From assembly GCA_963704755.1 (NCBI GenBank), contig OY969938.1, positions 60,001 through 92,000 on the forward strand: a stretch of 32,000 nt of DNA, read 5' to 3'. The position numbers were made by a program, and so were the translations under genes. Positions 1 to 8,589 of this stretch are shown in pieces; within the stretch, counting starts at the first letter, position 1, and each line of letters starts with the position of its first letter. The notes under the pieces were generated by a model that was given only the letters and a program-made list of their open reading frames with translations, was not told the DNA's origin and searched no databases. The stretch comes from an uncultured Chloroflexia bacterium (GTDB taxonomy: Bacteria; Chloroflexota; Anaerolineae; Anaerolineales; Anaerolineaceae).

Positions 1-1345
1 TGGGGCGGAGCAGGAAATCATCGATGGGTTGCATTGGTTAGGGATCGACTGGCAGGAAGGCCCGGATAAGGGCGGCCCATACGGGCCCTATCACCAATCC
101 GAGCGTAAAGAGCTTTACCAGCAGTATGCCGAAGAATTGATCGAGAAGGGGTTGGCATATTATTGCTTCTGCACTCCGGAACGGTTGGAGCACATGCGCC
201 AGGACCAGCAAAAGCGCAAAGAAGTGCCGCATTACGATGGAACTTGCCGGCGGTTGACGCTGGACGAGGCCAGGGCGCGGGTAGCCGCGGGTGAACCGCA
301 CGTTGTGCGCTTCAAGATGCCTCGCGAAGGGACGACTACAGTTACCGATCTGCTGCGCGGCGATATTACGGTCGAGAACCGTAACCTGGACGATTATATT
401 CTGGTCAAATCCAATGGACTGGCGGTGTATCACCTGGCAGCGGCAGTGGACGACCATTTGATGAAGATCAGCCATGTTTTCCGTGGTTCGGAATGGCTGC
501 CGACCTTTCCCCTGCATGGCCTGATTTACCGCAGTTTCGGCTGGCAGGAGCCGGTCTGGGTACATCTTTCGGTATTTCTCAAGCCCAGCGGAAAAGGCAA
601 GATGAGCAAACGCGAATTGGCCGAACTGATCAAGGATGGCCATTCTATTTTCCTGCAGGAACTCGCAGGCCTGGGCTATTTACCGGAGGCGGTGATCAAC
701 TGGATCGCACTGATGGGTTGGAGCTACGATGACCACACCGAGTTCTTCACCCTGGCAGACCTGGTCGAAAAATTCAGCCTGGAAAAGCTCAACCCATCGC
801 CGGCGGCGATCAATTTCACTAAATTCGACTTTTTCAATGGGCTGCACATCCGTAATCTGTCCATCGAAGACCTGGCTCAGCGGATCAAGCCGTTTTTCGA
901 GCAAAAAGGTTTTTCGACCGACGACGAAACCTTGCTCAAGATTGCCCCAATTATCCAGGAACGCATCCAGGGCCTTGACGATGCCCCGGACCTGGCCGGC
1001 TTTTTCTTCGAGGATAACGTCACCCCCGATACCGATGAGCTGGTAGTGAAAGGGCTGAGTGCGGCCGAATCGCTGGAACTGGCCCGCAATGTGACGGCCA
1101 TTTTATCCAAATTGCCGGATATGCGCCTGGAGACGGCCGAACCGCCGATGCGAGACTTTGTCGAGGCCAGCGGCTTGAAAGCCGGGCAGGTGTTTGGGTT
1201 GATGCGCATCGCGGTGACCGGACAACGGGTCAGTCCGCCGCTGTTCGAGAGTATGGAGATCGTTGGTAAAGAGCGGGTCATGCAGCGCATGGAACAGGCA
1301 GTTGAGATGATGGAAAAAGTTACCGAAAAGACCGGGGTAGATTAA
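1..1345 (+). CDS. gltX: Glutamyl-tRNA synthetase, 5'-truncated by the window edge
   Basis: The frame of ORF 29..1345 stays open back to base 2 (GAEQEIIDGLHWLGIDW...), so the N-terminus with the HIGH motif lies outside the window. The class-I KMSK loop is present (GKGKMSKRE). GluRS-typical WLGIDWQEGPD and YYCFCTPERL segments and a long C-terminal anticodon-binding region are present. Stop TAA at 1343-1345. Confidence 0.93.
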   Translation, partial: GAEQEIIDGLHWLGIDWQEGPDKGGPYGPYHQSERKELYQQYAEELIEKGLAYYCFCTPERLEHMRQDQQKRKEVPHYDGTCRRLTLDEARARVAAGEPHVVRFKMPREGTTTVTDLLRGDITVENRNLDDYILVKSNGLAVYHLAAAVDDHLMKISHVFRGSEWLPTFPLHGLIYRSFGWQEPVWVHLSVFLKPSGKGKMSKRELAELIKDGHSIFLQELAGLGYLPEAVINWIALMGWSYDDHTEFFTLADLVEKFSLEKLNPSPAAINFTKFDFFNGLHIRNLSIEDLAQRIKPFFEQKGFSTDDETLLKIAPIIQERIQGLDDAPDLAGFFFEDNVTPDTDELVVKGLSAAESLELARNVTAILSKLPDMRLETAEPPMRDFVEASGLKAGQVFGLMRIAVTGQRVSPPLFESMEIVGKERVMQRMEQAVEMMEKVTEKTGVD

Positions 1346-1398
1346 AGGATGGCTTTCTCGGGCTTTTTTAAAAAGCCAATTAAGATATTCCGTAACCC

Positions 1399-1427
1399 TT
1401 GTCTTTCGCCTTAAATGGTGCTAAAAT
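1399..1427 (+). promoter_or_regulatory. Candidate sigma70-type promoter for tRNA-Gln
   Basis: TTGTCT (1399-1404), 17-nt spacer, TAAAAT (1422-1427) with an extended -10 TG (gTGcTAAAAT). The predicted start is about 10 nt before the tRNA 5' end. Confidence 0.4.
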
Positions 1428-1443
1428 AAACGCCGTTGTGATT

Positions 1444-1514
1444 TGGGGGCTCGTCTAACGGCAGGACAGCAGACTCTGAATTTGCTTGTAGAGGTTCGAA
1501 TCCTTTGCCCCCAG
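1444..1514 (+). tRNA. tRNA-Gln (anticodon CTG)
   Basis: Hand-folded cloverleaf. Acceptor TGGGGGC/GCCCCCA with a U1:A72 pair and G73 discriminator. D arm GTCT/AGAC-like with a GG loop. Anticodon stem GCAGA/TTTGC, loop CT-CTG-AA. T arm AGAGG-TTCGAAT-CCTTT. 71 nt, CCA not encoded. Confidence 0.9.
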
Positions 1515-1525
1515 CCTAACAAAAA

Positions 1526-1555
1526 ATCTCCCGCTTGCGGGAGATTTTTTGTTTT
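1526..1555 (+). terminator. Rho-independent terminator after tRNA-Gln
   Basis: Stem ATCTCCC (1526-1532) / GGGAGAT (1539-1545) with loop GCTTGC, followed by TTTTTTGTTTT. Confidence 0.75.
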
Positions 1556-1588
1556 CGGTAGTTCGAAGCCCATCCAGGGGTATTGTTA

Positions 1589-1790
1589 CTGCCAATGTTG
1601 AAGAGCAGCCTCGGTCTGGAGACCGGGCCGATCTGCTTCCTGCGGAATCATTTTCATAAATTTCAAGTTTGCAGCTTTAGTTTCTAGCCAAGGTTGATCG
1701 CTAAACCCACTGATCATCTTCAACGATTAGAAGGAATGCTGCCGTTGTTCGGCCCGGTCTCCAGACCGAGGCCGCTCTTGAGCGCCAGCC
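1589..1790. repeat. REPIN/MITE-like element: two inverted copies of a ~43-nt hairpin repeat about 117 bp apart
   Basis: The left arm (1589-1631) and right arm (1749-1790) are inverted. Positions 1608-1631 (GCCTCGGTCTGGAGACCGGGCCGA) are the exact reverse complement of 1749-1772. Each arm contains its own CGGTC-N4-GACCG hairpin. A third copy lies at 16930-16972. Confidence 0.65.
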
Positions 1791-1820
1791 AAGAACCGGA
1801 CTTCGAAAGGGGGGCTGCAT

Positions 1821-2672
1821 TTAGTGGAGCTGCTTTTGATCTAATTTTGGTTCTAAACCTGGCTTAGCCAACAGCACCATCTCTGCGTTACTCAGGCTCA
1901 AATCGGCAGCAGCCAGGTTTTCGGCCTGGTGCTGTGGATCGAACGACATGGGAATGGTGATCACCCGCGGTTGGGCCACCAGCCAGGCCAGCGCAACCTG
2001 GTATGTGGTGACACCACGTTGACTTGCAATGGCTTGCAATGTCTTATTGCTCGCGATATTACGTGGCTTTACCGGGCTGTAGGCCGTAAGCAAAATATCG
2101 TTTTGTTGACAATATTCTAAAACGCCATCTTTTTCGCAGGTCCGGTCCGGGACGCTGTAAGGGACCTGGTTGGTCAGCAGAGGTGTTTCACTGGAAGCCA
2201 CAGCCTGTTTGAGCAGCTTTAAATTGAAGTTGCTGACCCCCAGGTTGCGCACTCTTCCATCTGCCACCAGCTTGTTGAGCGCCCGGAAGGTCTCAGCCAG
2301 GTTCATTCCTATTCTTGGCCAGTGAATCAGGTACAGGTCGAGATAATCCATACCCAGGCGGTTCAGGCTGGCCTCGCAGCAGCGCAGTACCTGATCGTAG
2401 TCCAGGTGCTCGGGGGAAACCTTGGAGGTGATAAAAAGCTTCTCACGAGGGATCCGCAGTTCATGGAGGGCCCGGCCGAGAAGTTCTTCGGTGTGGCCGG
2501 CGGCATAACCTTCGGCGGTGTCGAAGTGAGTATAGCCTAACTCTATAGCCGAGGATAAGGCCCGTAGAGATGATTCGTCCAGGCTTGTATCCGGGCTGCC
2601 TCTCCCCCCAATCCGCCAGGTGCCGAAGCCAATTTTGGGTATTTGCAGGTCATGAATGGTTTCGTATTTCAT
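1821..2672 (-). CDS. Aldo/keto reductase family oxidoreductase
   Basis: 283-aa ORF with AKR signatures: GFGTWRIGG, HFDTAEGY (catalytic Asp/Tyr region), LYLIHWP, and a C-terminal LSLSNAEM-type segment. Confidence 0.9.
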   Translation of the reverse strand: MKYETIHDLQIPKIGFGTWRIGGRGSPDTSLDESSLRALSSAIELGYTHFDTAEGYAAGHTEELLGRALHELRIPREKLFITSKVSPEHLDYDQVLRCCEASLNRLGMDYLDLYLIHWPRIGMNLAETFRALNKLVADGRVRNLGVSNFNLKLLKQAVASSETPLLTNQVPYSVPDRTCEKDGVLEYCQQNDILLTAYSPVKPRNIASNKTLQAIASQRGVTTYQVALAWLVAQPRVITIPMSFDPQHQAENLAAADLSLSNAEMVLLAKPGLEPKLDQKQLH

Positions 2673-2767
2673 AGACTTAATTATATATGAGCCCCGCTAA
2701 TAAATTACAATCCCAGGATGTCTTATTTCGAAATATGCATTTGTTCAGCCTGATACGGAAGTAAACC

Positions 2768-2817
2768 TGATGTAAGGGTATATGCGGGAGCGCAGCCTTG
2801 CATATACCCTTACATCA
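2768..2817 (-). terminator. Long hairpin downstream of the MFS gene (possible terminator)
   Basis: Perfect 18-bp stem TGATGTAAGGGTATATGC (2768-2785) / GCATATACCCTTACATCA (2800-2817) with a 14-nt loop, about 29 nt after the MFS stop. Only a weak U tract follows on the minus strand. Confidence 0.4.
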
Positions 2818-2845
2818 AGAAACTATATAACAGAAGCCTGAGTAA

Positions 2846-4105
2846 TTACTGAAGAATAATTTTCTTTTCAGCGGGAAACTTTGCGAAAATATAAATCACC
2901 ACCAGGGTGGCCAGGCCAAAGAGCGCTGCTACCAGGAAGGTGGTTTGATAACCGGCCAGGTCGGCCAGTCGACCGCCGAGAATTGGGGCCAGGATGGCTG
3001 TAGGCGCCATCAGTGAATTGCCCAGGCCCACATAGGTGGGGCGCTCGGCTTCTGTCCCGAACTCGAGGGTGAGGGTCAAGCCGATGGTCCAGAAAACCGA
3101 ATTGGCAATTCCGGCGAAAAAGACCACCACGTAGAACCAGGAGGCTACCGGGGCGAGAAAGGCCAATATCGTGGCTATCAACCCGGCGGCCGCTCCCGCG
3201 TAGAGTGTGGGGATTCTCCCGACGTGGTCGGCTACCCAACCGAATAAAACATTTGATCCAACCTGAACGAAAAAGAGAATACTGCCCAGGATTGCCGCAT
3301 TGCCGGCGCTCATCCCCATTTCCTTTACCGCATAAACGGTATAGAAAGCAGTGGACATGGTGGTGAATTGAAAGCCTATCCGGCTGAGGATAAACCAGGT
3401 AAAACGGCGGTCATGTTTTAATACCTGGCCTATTTTGCCCCAGAACATGCCTTGCTCACCCAATCCCGGATCCACTCGATGGTCTGGCTCGCGGGTAAGG
3501 GACAGGAAACCCATCGAGACCATCATAAATATCCAGGCGGCCAGAAAACATAAAGCGAAATTATTGGGGAAAAGGAACCGTTCGAGAAAAATACCGGCCA
3601 GGATGGCCCCAACGCTGCCCATTAAGTTTTGTCCGGCCATTTGAGCGCCGAAAAAAGTGGCCAGTTGATTGGGGGGGATAATCTTACCGATCAGGTTTTG
3701 CCATGAGTTGCCGGTAATGCCGGCACCTAAACCCTGCCAGATCAACATGAGAAAAGCCAGGACCAATGCCATTTGCGGATCCATGGCAGGGAGCTGCCAG
3801 GCAATGAGCGCCAGTCCGAGGAAAGGTAAACGCTCATGAATAGTGACCAGAATGGTAAAAGGCTTGTACCGGGTGCTTTTCATGAGCGACCTGGCAGTAA
3901 AAATTTGCGGGAAATACCCGCCAGCGGACTGCAGGGCAGGGATTAAACCGATCAACGTAGCGGAGGCGGTCAGGTTAGAAATAAATAAGGGAATAACCGT
4001 CGTAAAGGAAGCAAAACCAAGCGCAAAACCAAAAAAACTACTGTCAAGGAGATTCACTACAGTGTTAAAGCGGAGATGCTTTTGAATTTCGTATTCAGTT
4101 TCCAT
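2846..4105 (-). CDS. MFS-type transporter, substrate unknown
   Basis: 419-aa ORF that is almost entirely hydrophobic, with about 12 predicted helices in two halves separated by a charged loop (TREPDHRVDPGLGEQ). This is typical major-facilitator architecture. No specific subfamily motif recognised. Confidence 0.8.
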   Translation of the reverse strand: METEYEIQKHLRFNTVVNLLDSSFFGFALGFASFTTVIPLFISNLTASATLIGLIPALQSAGGYFPQIFTARSLMKSTRYKPFTILVTIHERLPFLGLALIAWQLPAMDPQMALVLAFLMLIWQGLGAGITGNSWQNLIGKIIPPNQLATFFGAQMAGQNLMGSVGAILAGIFLERFLFPNNFALCFLAAWIFMMVSMGFLSLTREPDHRVDPGLGEQGMFWGKIGQVLKHDRRFTWFILSRIGFQFTTMSTAFYTVYAVKEMGMSAGNAAILGSILFFVQVGSNVLFGWVADHVGRIPTLYAGAAAGLIATILAFLAPVASWFYVVVFFAGIANSVFWTIGLTLTLEFGTEAERPTYVGLGNSLMAPTAILAPILGGRLADLAGYQTTFLVAALFGLATLVVIYIFAKFPAEKKIILQ

Positions 4106-4119
4106 CGGATTTTTTCACC

Positions 4120-4155
4120 AAAAACCCCGGTATAGACGAAATTATACCGGGGTTT
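4120..4155 (-). terminator. Rho-independent terminator of the small Cys4/acidic ORF
   Basis: Stem AAACCCCGGTATA (4122-4134) / TATACCGGGGTTT (4143-4155). On the minus-strand transcript it is followed by a U run (plus-strand A run 4120-4124). It lies 42 nt after the stop at 4197. Confidence 0.7.
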
Positions 4156-4196
4156 ATATCCATTGCGTGATGTTAGAAGGTTAGATCGGTTATTCT

Positions 4197-4433
4197 TTAG
4201 AACTCCTCATCCTCGTCATCAACCCAATCATCATCTTCTTCCTCGGATTCTTCCTCAATGTCTTCCCATTCATCGATCTCTTCTTCCTCATCCCAATTGT
4301 CATCGTGGTTTACTTCGGCGGTGGGTGAGTAAGTGAGACAGCCTGAATCGGGGTCAACTTCGATTAATGCTGCACTACAATATCCATCATCGAGGAAGGC
4401 GCAATCGATATACCGGCAGCGGATTTTGGGCAT
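4197..4433 (-). CDS. Small (78 aa) protein: N-terminal four-Cys module (DUF1540-like spacing) plus an extremely acidic C-terminal tail
   Basis: AGGAGG lies 5 nt upstream of the ATG (minus-strand reading GTAGGAGGATGAAATG). The gene has its own terminator. Cys pattern C6-x4-C11-x7-C19-x12-C32-x-T-Y. 26 of the last 36 residues are D/E, with interspersed W and a terminal EEF. No signal peptide. Confidence 0.7.
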   Translation of the reverse strand: MPKIRCRYIDCAFLDDGYCSAALIEVDPDSGCLTYSPTAEVNHDDNWDEEEEIDEWEDIEEESEEEDDDWVDDEDEEF

Positions 4434-4453
4434 TTCATCCTCCTACAATTTAA

Positions 4454-4885
4454 TTAATCCACACCTGGATTGCTCAGCAGGCGAATTAAGGATGTCACTA
4501 GCAGTATCGTCATAGCAGTTGCAGAAATCACACAGAACGGACAAATCGCTTTTATAACCGCAATTTCGAGGTAAGTCAAGTAAATCGAATAGATAAATCC
4601 CGTAATTGTGATACCAAAATATAAATAGGGTCCATTTTTCTGCAAGAAACTAAATTTACCTTCGTTGAGAACAAGCAACAACAGAAGCAGGTAAGCCAGA
4701 GCTCCCATAAAGGCAATCGGGATCCCAAAAATTTCTGAGTAAGGCGAATTGTTTACCGACCAACAGTCTCCTACTCCGGGAATACACAATGCCTGGTTGT
4801 GGGCGTATTTAACAAAAACCAGGTAAATGGAATCAATCAAACCGATGGCCGCAGTAATGCCGATGATTTTCTTTAGTGTGCCCAT
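4454..4885 (-). CDS. Vitamin K epoxide reductase (VKOR) family membrane protein, DsbB-like function
   Basis: Loop cysteine pair and conserved Ser (CIPGVGDCWSVNNSPYSEIFGIP), a CxxC in the last helix (ICPFCV), and 4-5 hydrophobic helices. I prefer the ATG at 4885 (MGTLKK), which has AGGA about 9 nt upstream, over the track start at 4942, which would overlap the moeA 3' end. Confidence 0.85.
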   Translation of the reverse strand: MGTLKKIIGITAAIGLIDSIYLVFVKYAHNQALCIPGVGDCWSVNNSPYSEIFGIPIAFMGALAYLLLLLLVLNEGKFSFLQKNGPYLYFGITITGFIYSIYLTYLEIAVIKAICPFCVISATAMTILLVTSLIRLLSNPGVD

Positions 4886-4904
4886 GAATTGGAGTCCTCG
4901 CTCT

Positions 4905-6149
4905 TTATTTGAAATATTGGCTGAAGGGAAGAAATTCAACACGTGAGCCGGCAGGGAGTGATTTTACCCCTGCCGGAACGATCAGTAAAGCGTTTGCCTG
5001 GACCAGCGAATAAAGATTGCCGGAGGCCTGATTACCGGTCAGAACGAGCAGGTTTTCACCATCTGTTCGCCTGACGATTGCCCGTAAATAACTTTCGCGC
5101 CCATCTGATTCGATATCCTGGTCGATGATACCGGATAGGCTTTTTGGCTGGATGTCTTGCACCGCGGTCATTTTTCGCAAGGCCGGGATAACGAACAGCA
5201 GCCCACCGACAAACGCAGATACCGGATTACCGGGCAGGTTGAGGGTTGGTACTCCCCGGTAATTTCCAAAAACGACGGGTTTGCCGGGCCGCATATTGAC
5301 TCGCCATAAAGCCACCGAGCCGTGTTCTTCAATAACTTTGCGCACAAAATCGTACGTCCCCACGCTGACCCCGGCCGAAGTCAAGATCATATCCGCTCCG
5401 GCACTGACCGCCGCATCGAATTTGGCGCGCACATCTTCTTCCCGGTCGGCGGCGATACCTAAATAATTCACCCGGGCACCTTCAGAGACGGCTAACCCGG
5501 CCAGAGAATAGCTGTTGGCATCGTATATTTGCCCGCGCGAAAGAGGGTGTCCAGGTATGGCCAGCTCATCCCCGGAAGAAAATAAGGTGACCAGCGGCCG
5601 GCGCTGCACTGCGACCGTTTCCATACCTAACGCAGCCAGCAGGCCGACGTCCTGCGGGCTCAATCTTTTACCGGCTGGCAAAATAGTTTGGCCGGCGTGC
5701 AGGTCGCTGCCTCGCTTACGGATGAATGAGCCAGAGGAAGGAATGCAGGTGAGAGTCACTTTCTCTGGCAGGGTCGCATCCGGGGAGCGATAGGGATAAT
5801 CGGTGTTTTCCACCGGGACGATCGCATCGGCGCCTTCCGGCAGAATGGCGCCGGTCATGATCCGGGCCGACTGCCCAGGGCCAAGGACCATTTGGGGGTT
5901 GGAGCCGGCCGGAATATCCCCAACAACACGATAGGTTTCCGCGCCTGGTTCGGAGGATTTTTCGGATATATGCAGCGCAAACCCGTCCATGCTGGAATAA
6001 TCGAAGCGGGGCAGGTCCGCGGAGGCCTGGACGTCGTTGGCTACTACCCTTCCGGCTGCGTCCATTAATCCAACCGGTTCGGAAGGTAATTGTGAAAATG
6101 CGGATAGGATGATTGAGCGAGCTTCCTGAACAGAAATCAAATCTGTCAT
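4905..6149 (-). CDS. moeA: Molybdopterin molybdotransferase MoeA
   Basis: 414 aa with MoeA signatures: SSMDGFAL, PGNPVSAFV, TSAGVSVGTYDFV, and a C-terminal beta-barrel domain. Confidence 0.92.
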   Translation of the reverse strand: MTDLISVQEARSIILSAFSQLPSEPVGLMDAAGRVVANDVQASADLPRFDYSSMDGFALHISEKSSEPGAETYRVVGDIPAGSNPQMVLGPGQSARIMTGAILPEGADAIVPVENTDYPYRSPDATLPEKVTLTCIPSSGSFIRKRGSDLHAGQTILPAGKRLSPQDVGLLAALGMETVAVQRRPLVTLFSSGDELAIPGHPLSRGQIYDANSYSLAGLAVSEGARVNYLGIAADREEDVRAKFDAAVSAGADMILTSAGVSVGTYDFVRKVIEEHGSVALWRVNMRPGKPVVFGNYRGVPTLNLPGNPVSAFVGGLLFVIPALRKMTAVQDIQPKSLSGIIDQDIESDGRESYLRAIVRRTDGENLLVLTGNQASGNLYSLVQANALLIVPAGVKSLPAGSRVEFLPFSQYFK

Positions 6150-6161
6150 TTTTTGTCCTGA

Positions 6162-8366
6162 TTAACCGGGATTCTGTCGGTGCGCTTCCATAACATTGGG
6201 CAGGTTTTCGATGCGAGTCAGCACGCGGCTGAGTTGCGTGATATCCCCCACTTCGAGAACCAGGTCGATTGAGGCCAGGTTATGGGTCACATTCAAGTCA
6301 ACATCGATCAAGTTGACTTCTTCGTTGCTTAAGATCATCGATATATCGTTCATCAAACCCTGGCGGTCATAAGCCTTGACCATAACCGAAACAGGATAGG
6401 TCTGTTGGGGTTCCCCCCAGGTCACTTTGATGATTCTCTCGCGGTCTTTCAGCCGCAAGATATTGGGACAATCCTGGCGGTGGATCGTCGCCCCGCGCCC
6501 GCGGGTGATGTAGCCAACGATTTCGTCGCCGGGGGCCGGGTTGCAACAGCGGGCGAAATTGGTCAGCAGGCCTTTCAGGCCCAGCACCGTGACCCCGTTG
6601 CCGTCTTTTTTGGTGTCGCGCGGCGGGTGAAGCTGGAGCAGGGGGTCCTTGCGGGTATTGGACTCGCTCAGCTTGTTGATGATACGGCCAACGCCCATAT
6701 CCCCGCAGCCGATAGCGACGTACATCTCCTCTGCGTTTCGGAAATCGAATTCCTTGGATAATTTCTCCAGGTCGATTTCATTCATGCCCAGGCGGCGGAT
6801 TTCCTTTTCGAACATGGCCTTGCCCTGGACAAGGTTCTGCTCGCGATCCTGGCGTTTGAACCAGCCGCGGATCTTGGAGCGGGCGCGCTGGGTCTTGACC
6901 AGCCCAAGGGAGGGGTTGAGCCAGTCTCGGCTGGGACCGCCCTGTTTGGCCGCCAGAATCTCGACCTGGTCGCCGGTTTTCAAGGCATAATCCAGGGTGA
7001 CCAGCTTTCCGTTTACTTTTGCCCCACGGCAGCGGTTGCCGACCTCGGTATGGACGTGGTATGCGAAATCGATGGGGGTAGACCCGGCCGGCAGGTCGAT
7101 GATGTCGCCGCGCGGAGTAAACACGTACACCCGGTCCTGGAAGACGTCGCTGCGCATCCCGTCCATGAATTCCTGGGCGTCCTCGATCTCCTGGCGCCAT
7201 TCCATCAACTTGCGCAGCCAATTGATACGCTGTTCGTACAGTTCATCCCTAGGCCCGCGTTCTTTATAACGCCAGTGCGCGGCGATACCGAACTCAGCGT
7301 TCTGGTGCATCTCTTCGGTGCGGATCTGGACTTCGAGCGGTTTACCGTCCTCATAGATCACGGCGGTGTGGATCGATTGGTAGAAATTGTCTTTCGGCGC
7401 GGCAATGTAATCGTCGAATTCTTGGGGTATGGGCCGCCAATGGGTATGGATTACACCCAACGCGGCATAACAGGCCGGGATGTCTTTGACGATACAACGC
7501 ACAGCCCGCAGGTCGCGCACCATCTCGAACGGCTTGCCTTTTTCGACCATCTTGCGGTAGATCGAATAGATGTGCTTGGGACGGCCGCTGATTTCGGCTT
7601 TGATGTTGTTTTCCTGCAAGATGGTCTGCAAATTATTGATTATCTGCTGGATCTTGCGTTCGCGATCCTGGCGCCGTTCGGCCAGGTGTTCGGCGATTTC
7701 GCGATATTTGTCGGGATCGACGTAGCGGAATGCCAGGTCTTCCAATTCCCATTTGATTTGCCAGATGCCCAGGCGATTCGCCAGTGGGGCAAAAATGTCC
7801 AGGGTTTCGCGGGCGATGCGCAGGCGTTTGTCTTCGGGCATATACCCTAGGGTGCGCATATTATGCAGCCGGTCGGCCAGTTTGATCAGCACTACGCGGA
7901 TGTCGTCGCCCATGGCCAGAAACACTTTACGGAGGGTTTCGTTCGCCATGTCGCGCCGGCGGGTTCGCGGGAACTGGGCGATCGCTTCGGTGCTTTCCGG
8001 TACCTGCTCGTCGAGGCTGTCCTCGTGCTGGTCGCCGCGCGATACCCGCGGCAGGTTGGTTAACTTGGTCACCCCATCGACCAGTTTGGCAACTTCCTCG
8101 CCAAATTCGTTGGAGATATCGGTCAAGGTCGTGTCGGTATCTTCGACCGTATCGTGCAGCAGCCCGGCAATAACGACAGCCGGTGGAACCCGGATCTCGG
8201 CCAAAATAGCGGCGACGGCCAGGCAATGAGTTACATATGGCTCCCCGGAAGCGCGTTTCTGGTTTCGATGGGCGTGCTCGGCAAACTGGTATGCCTTAAG
8301 AACCTGCTCGCGATCTACCACCGAGTAGCTCTGGGGGAGGGATTCCATCAAGCTGTCAATTTTCAT
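6162..8366 (-). CDS. relA: Bifunctional (p)ppGpp synthetase/hydrolase (RelA/SpoT homologue)
   Basis: HD hydrolase motifs (HRNQKRASGEPYVTHCL, LLHDTVEDT). Synthetase domain (RPKHIYSIYRKM, YQSIHT, EVQIRT). TGS domain (VFTPRGDIIDLPAGSTPIDFAY). C-terminal ACT domain. The start is uncertain: ATG 8366 is preferred, with TTG 8378 or ATG 8348 as alternatives. Confidence 0.93.
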   Translation of the reverse strand: MKIDSLMESLPQSYSVVDREQVLKAYQFAEHAHRNQKRASGEPYVTHCLAVAAILAEIRVPPAVVIAGLLHDTVEDTDTTLTDISNEFGEEVAKLVDGVTKLTNLPRVSRGDQHEDSLDEQVPESTEAIAQFPRTRRRDMANETLRKVFLAMGDDIRVVLIKLADRLHNMRTLGYMPEDKRLRIARETLDIFAPLANRLGIWQIKWELEDLAFRYVDPDKYREIAEHLAERRQDRERKIQQIINNLQTILQENNIKAEISGRPKHIYSIYRKMVEKGKPFEMVRDLRAVRCIVKDIPACYAALGVIHTHWRPIPQEFDDYIAAPKDNFYQSIHTAVIYEDGKPLEVQIRTEEMHQNAEFGIAAHWRYKERGPRDELYEQRINWLRKLMEWRQEIEDAQEFMDGMRSDVFQDRVYVFTPRGDIIDLPAGSTPIDFAYHVHTEVGNRCRGAKVNGKLVTLDYALKTGDQVEILAAKQGGPSRDWLNPSLGLVKTQRARSKIRGWFKRQDREQNLVQGKAMFEKEIRRLGMNEIDLEKLSKEFDFRNAEEMYVAIGCGDMGVGRIINKLSESNTRKDPLLQLHPPRDTKKDGNGVTVLGLKGLLTNFARCCNPAPGDEIVGYITRGRGATIHRQDCPNILRLKDRERIIKVTWGEPQQTYPVSVMVKAYDRQGLMNDISMILSNEEVNLIDVDLNVTHNLASIDLVLEVGDITQLSRVLTRIENLPNVMEAHRQNPG

Positions 8367-8589
8367 AAACACCAACAAGGTCAGGCGTTGGGTGCCTGTC
8401 CTGAATTTAGGACTAGTATACCCTTGTTCTGCCGGGTTTCAAGGGCGCGCGGATTGCATATTATAAGGCTGTTTTTGCGAGAACACCAGGAATAGAAAAT
8501 CGTGTTCGAAATCGCAGGGGCAGCCAGGGTGCGCAATGATAAATGTCTTGTAACCATAAAAGAGCTATCCTTGATATGAATAGACAAAT

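Noticed and set aside
1361-1377. GGCTTTTTTAAAAAGCC palindrome as a gltX terminator.
   Set aside because: After allowing a minimal loop only about 6 bp of AT-rich stem remain. That is too weak to call, so gltX may read through toward tRNA-Gln.
7050-7850. Long antisense ORFs opposite well-supported genes (for example 7050..7850, 15339..16094, 21800..22564, 27041..27961, 26051..26614, 8761..9501, 38..643).
   Set aside because: Each lies entirely within, and antisense to, a gene with unmistakable family motifs. Their translations are Arg/Gly/Pro/His-rich with no motifs, RBS or terminators. These are typical mirror-frame artefacts of moderately GC-rich coding DNA.
8381-8587. ORFs in the relA-pfkA divergent intergenic region (8381..8587 on the minus strand, and the tail of 8154..8495 on the plus strand).
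   Set aside because: There is no RBS and no recognisable domain. The region is better explained as divergent promoter and leader DNA.
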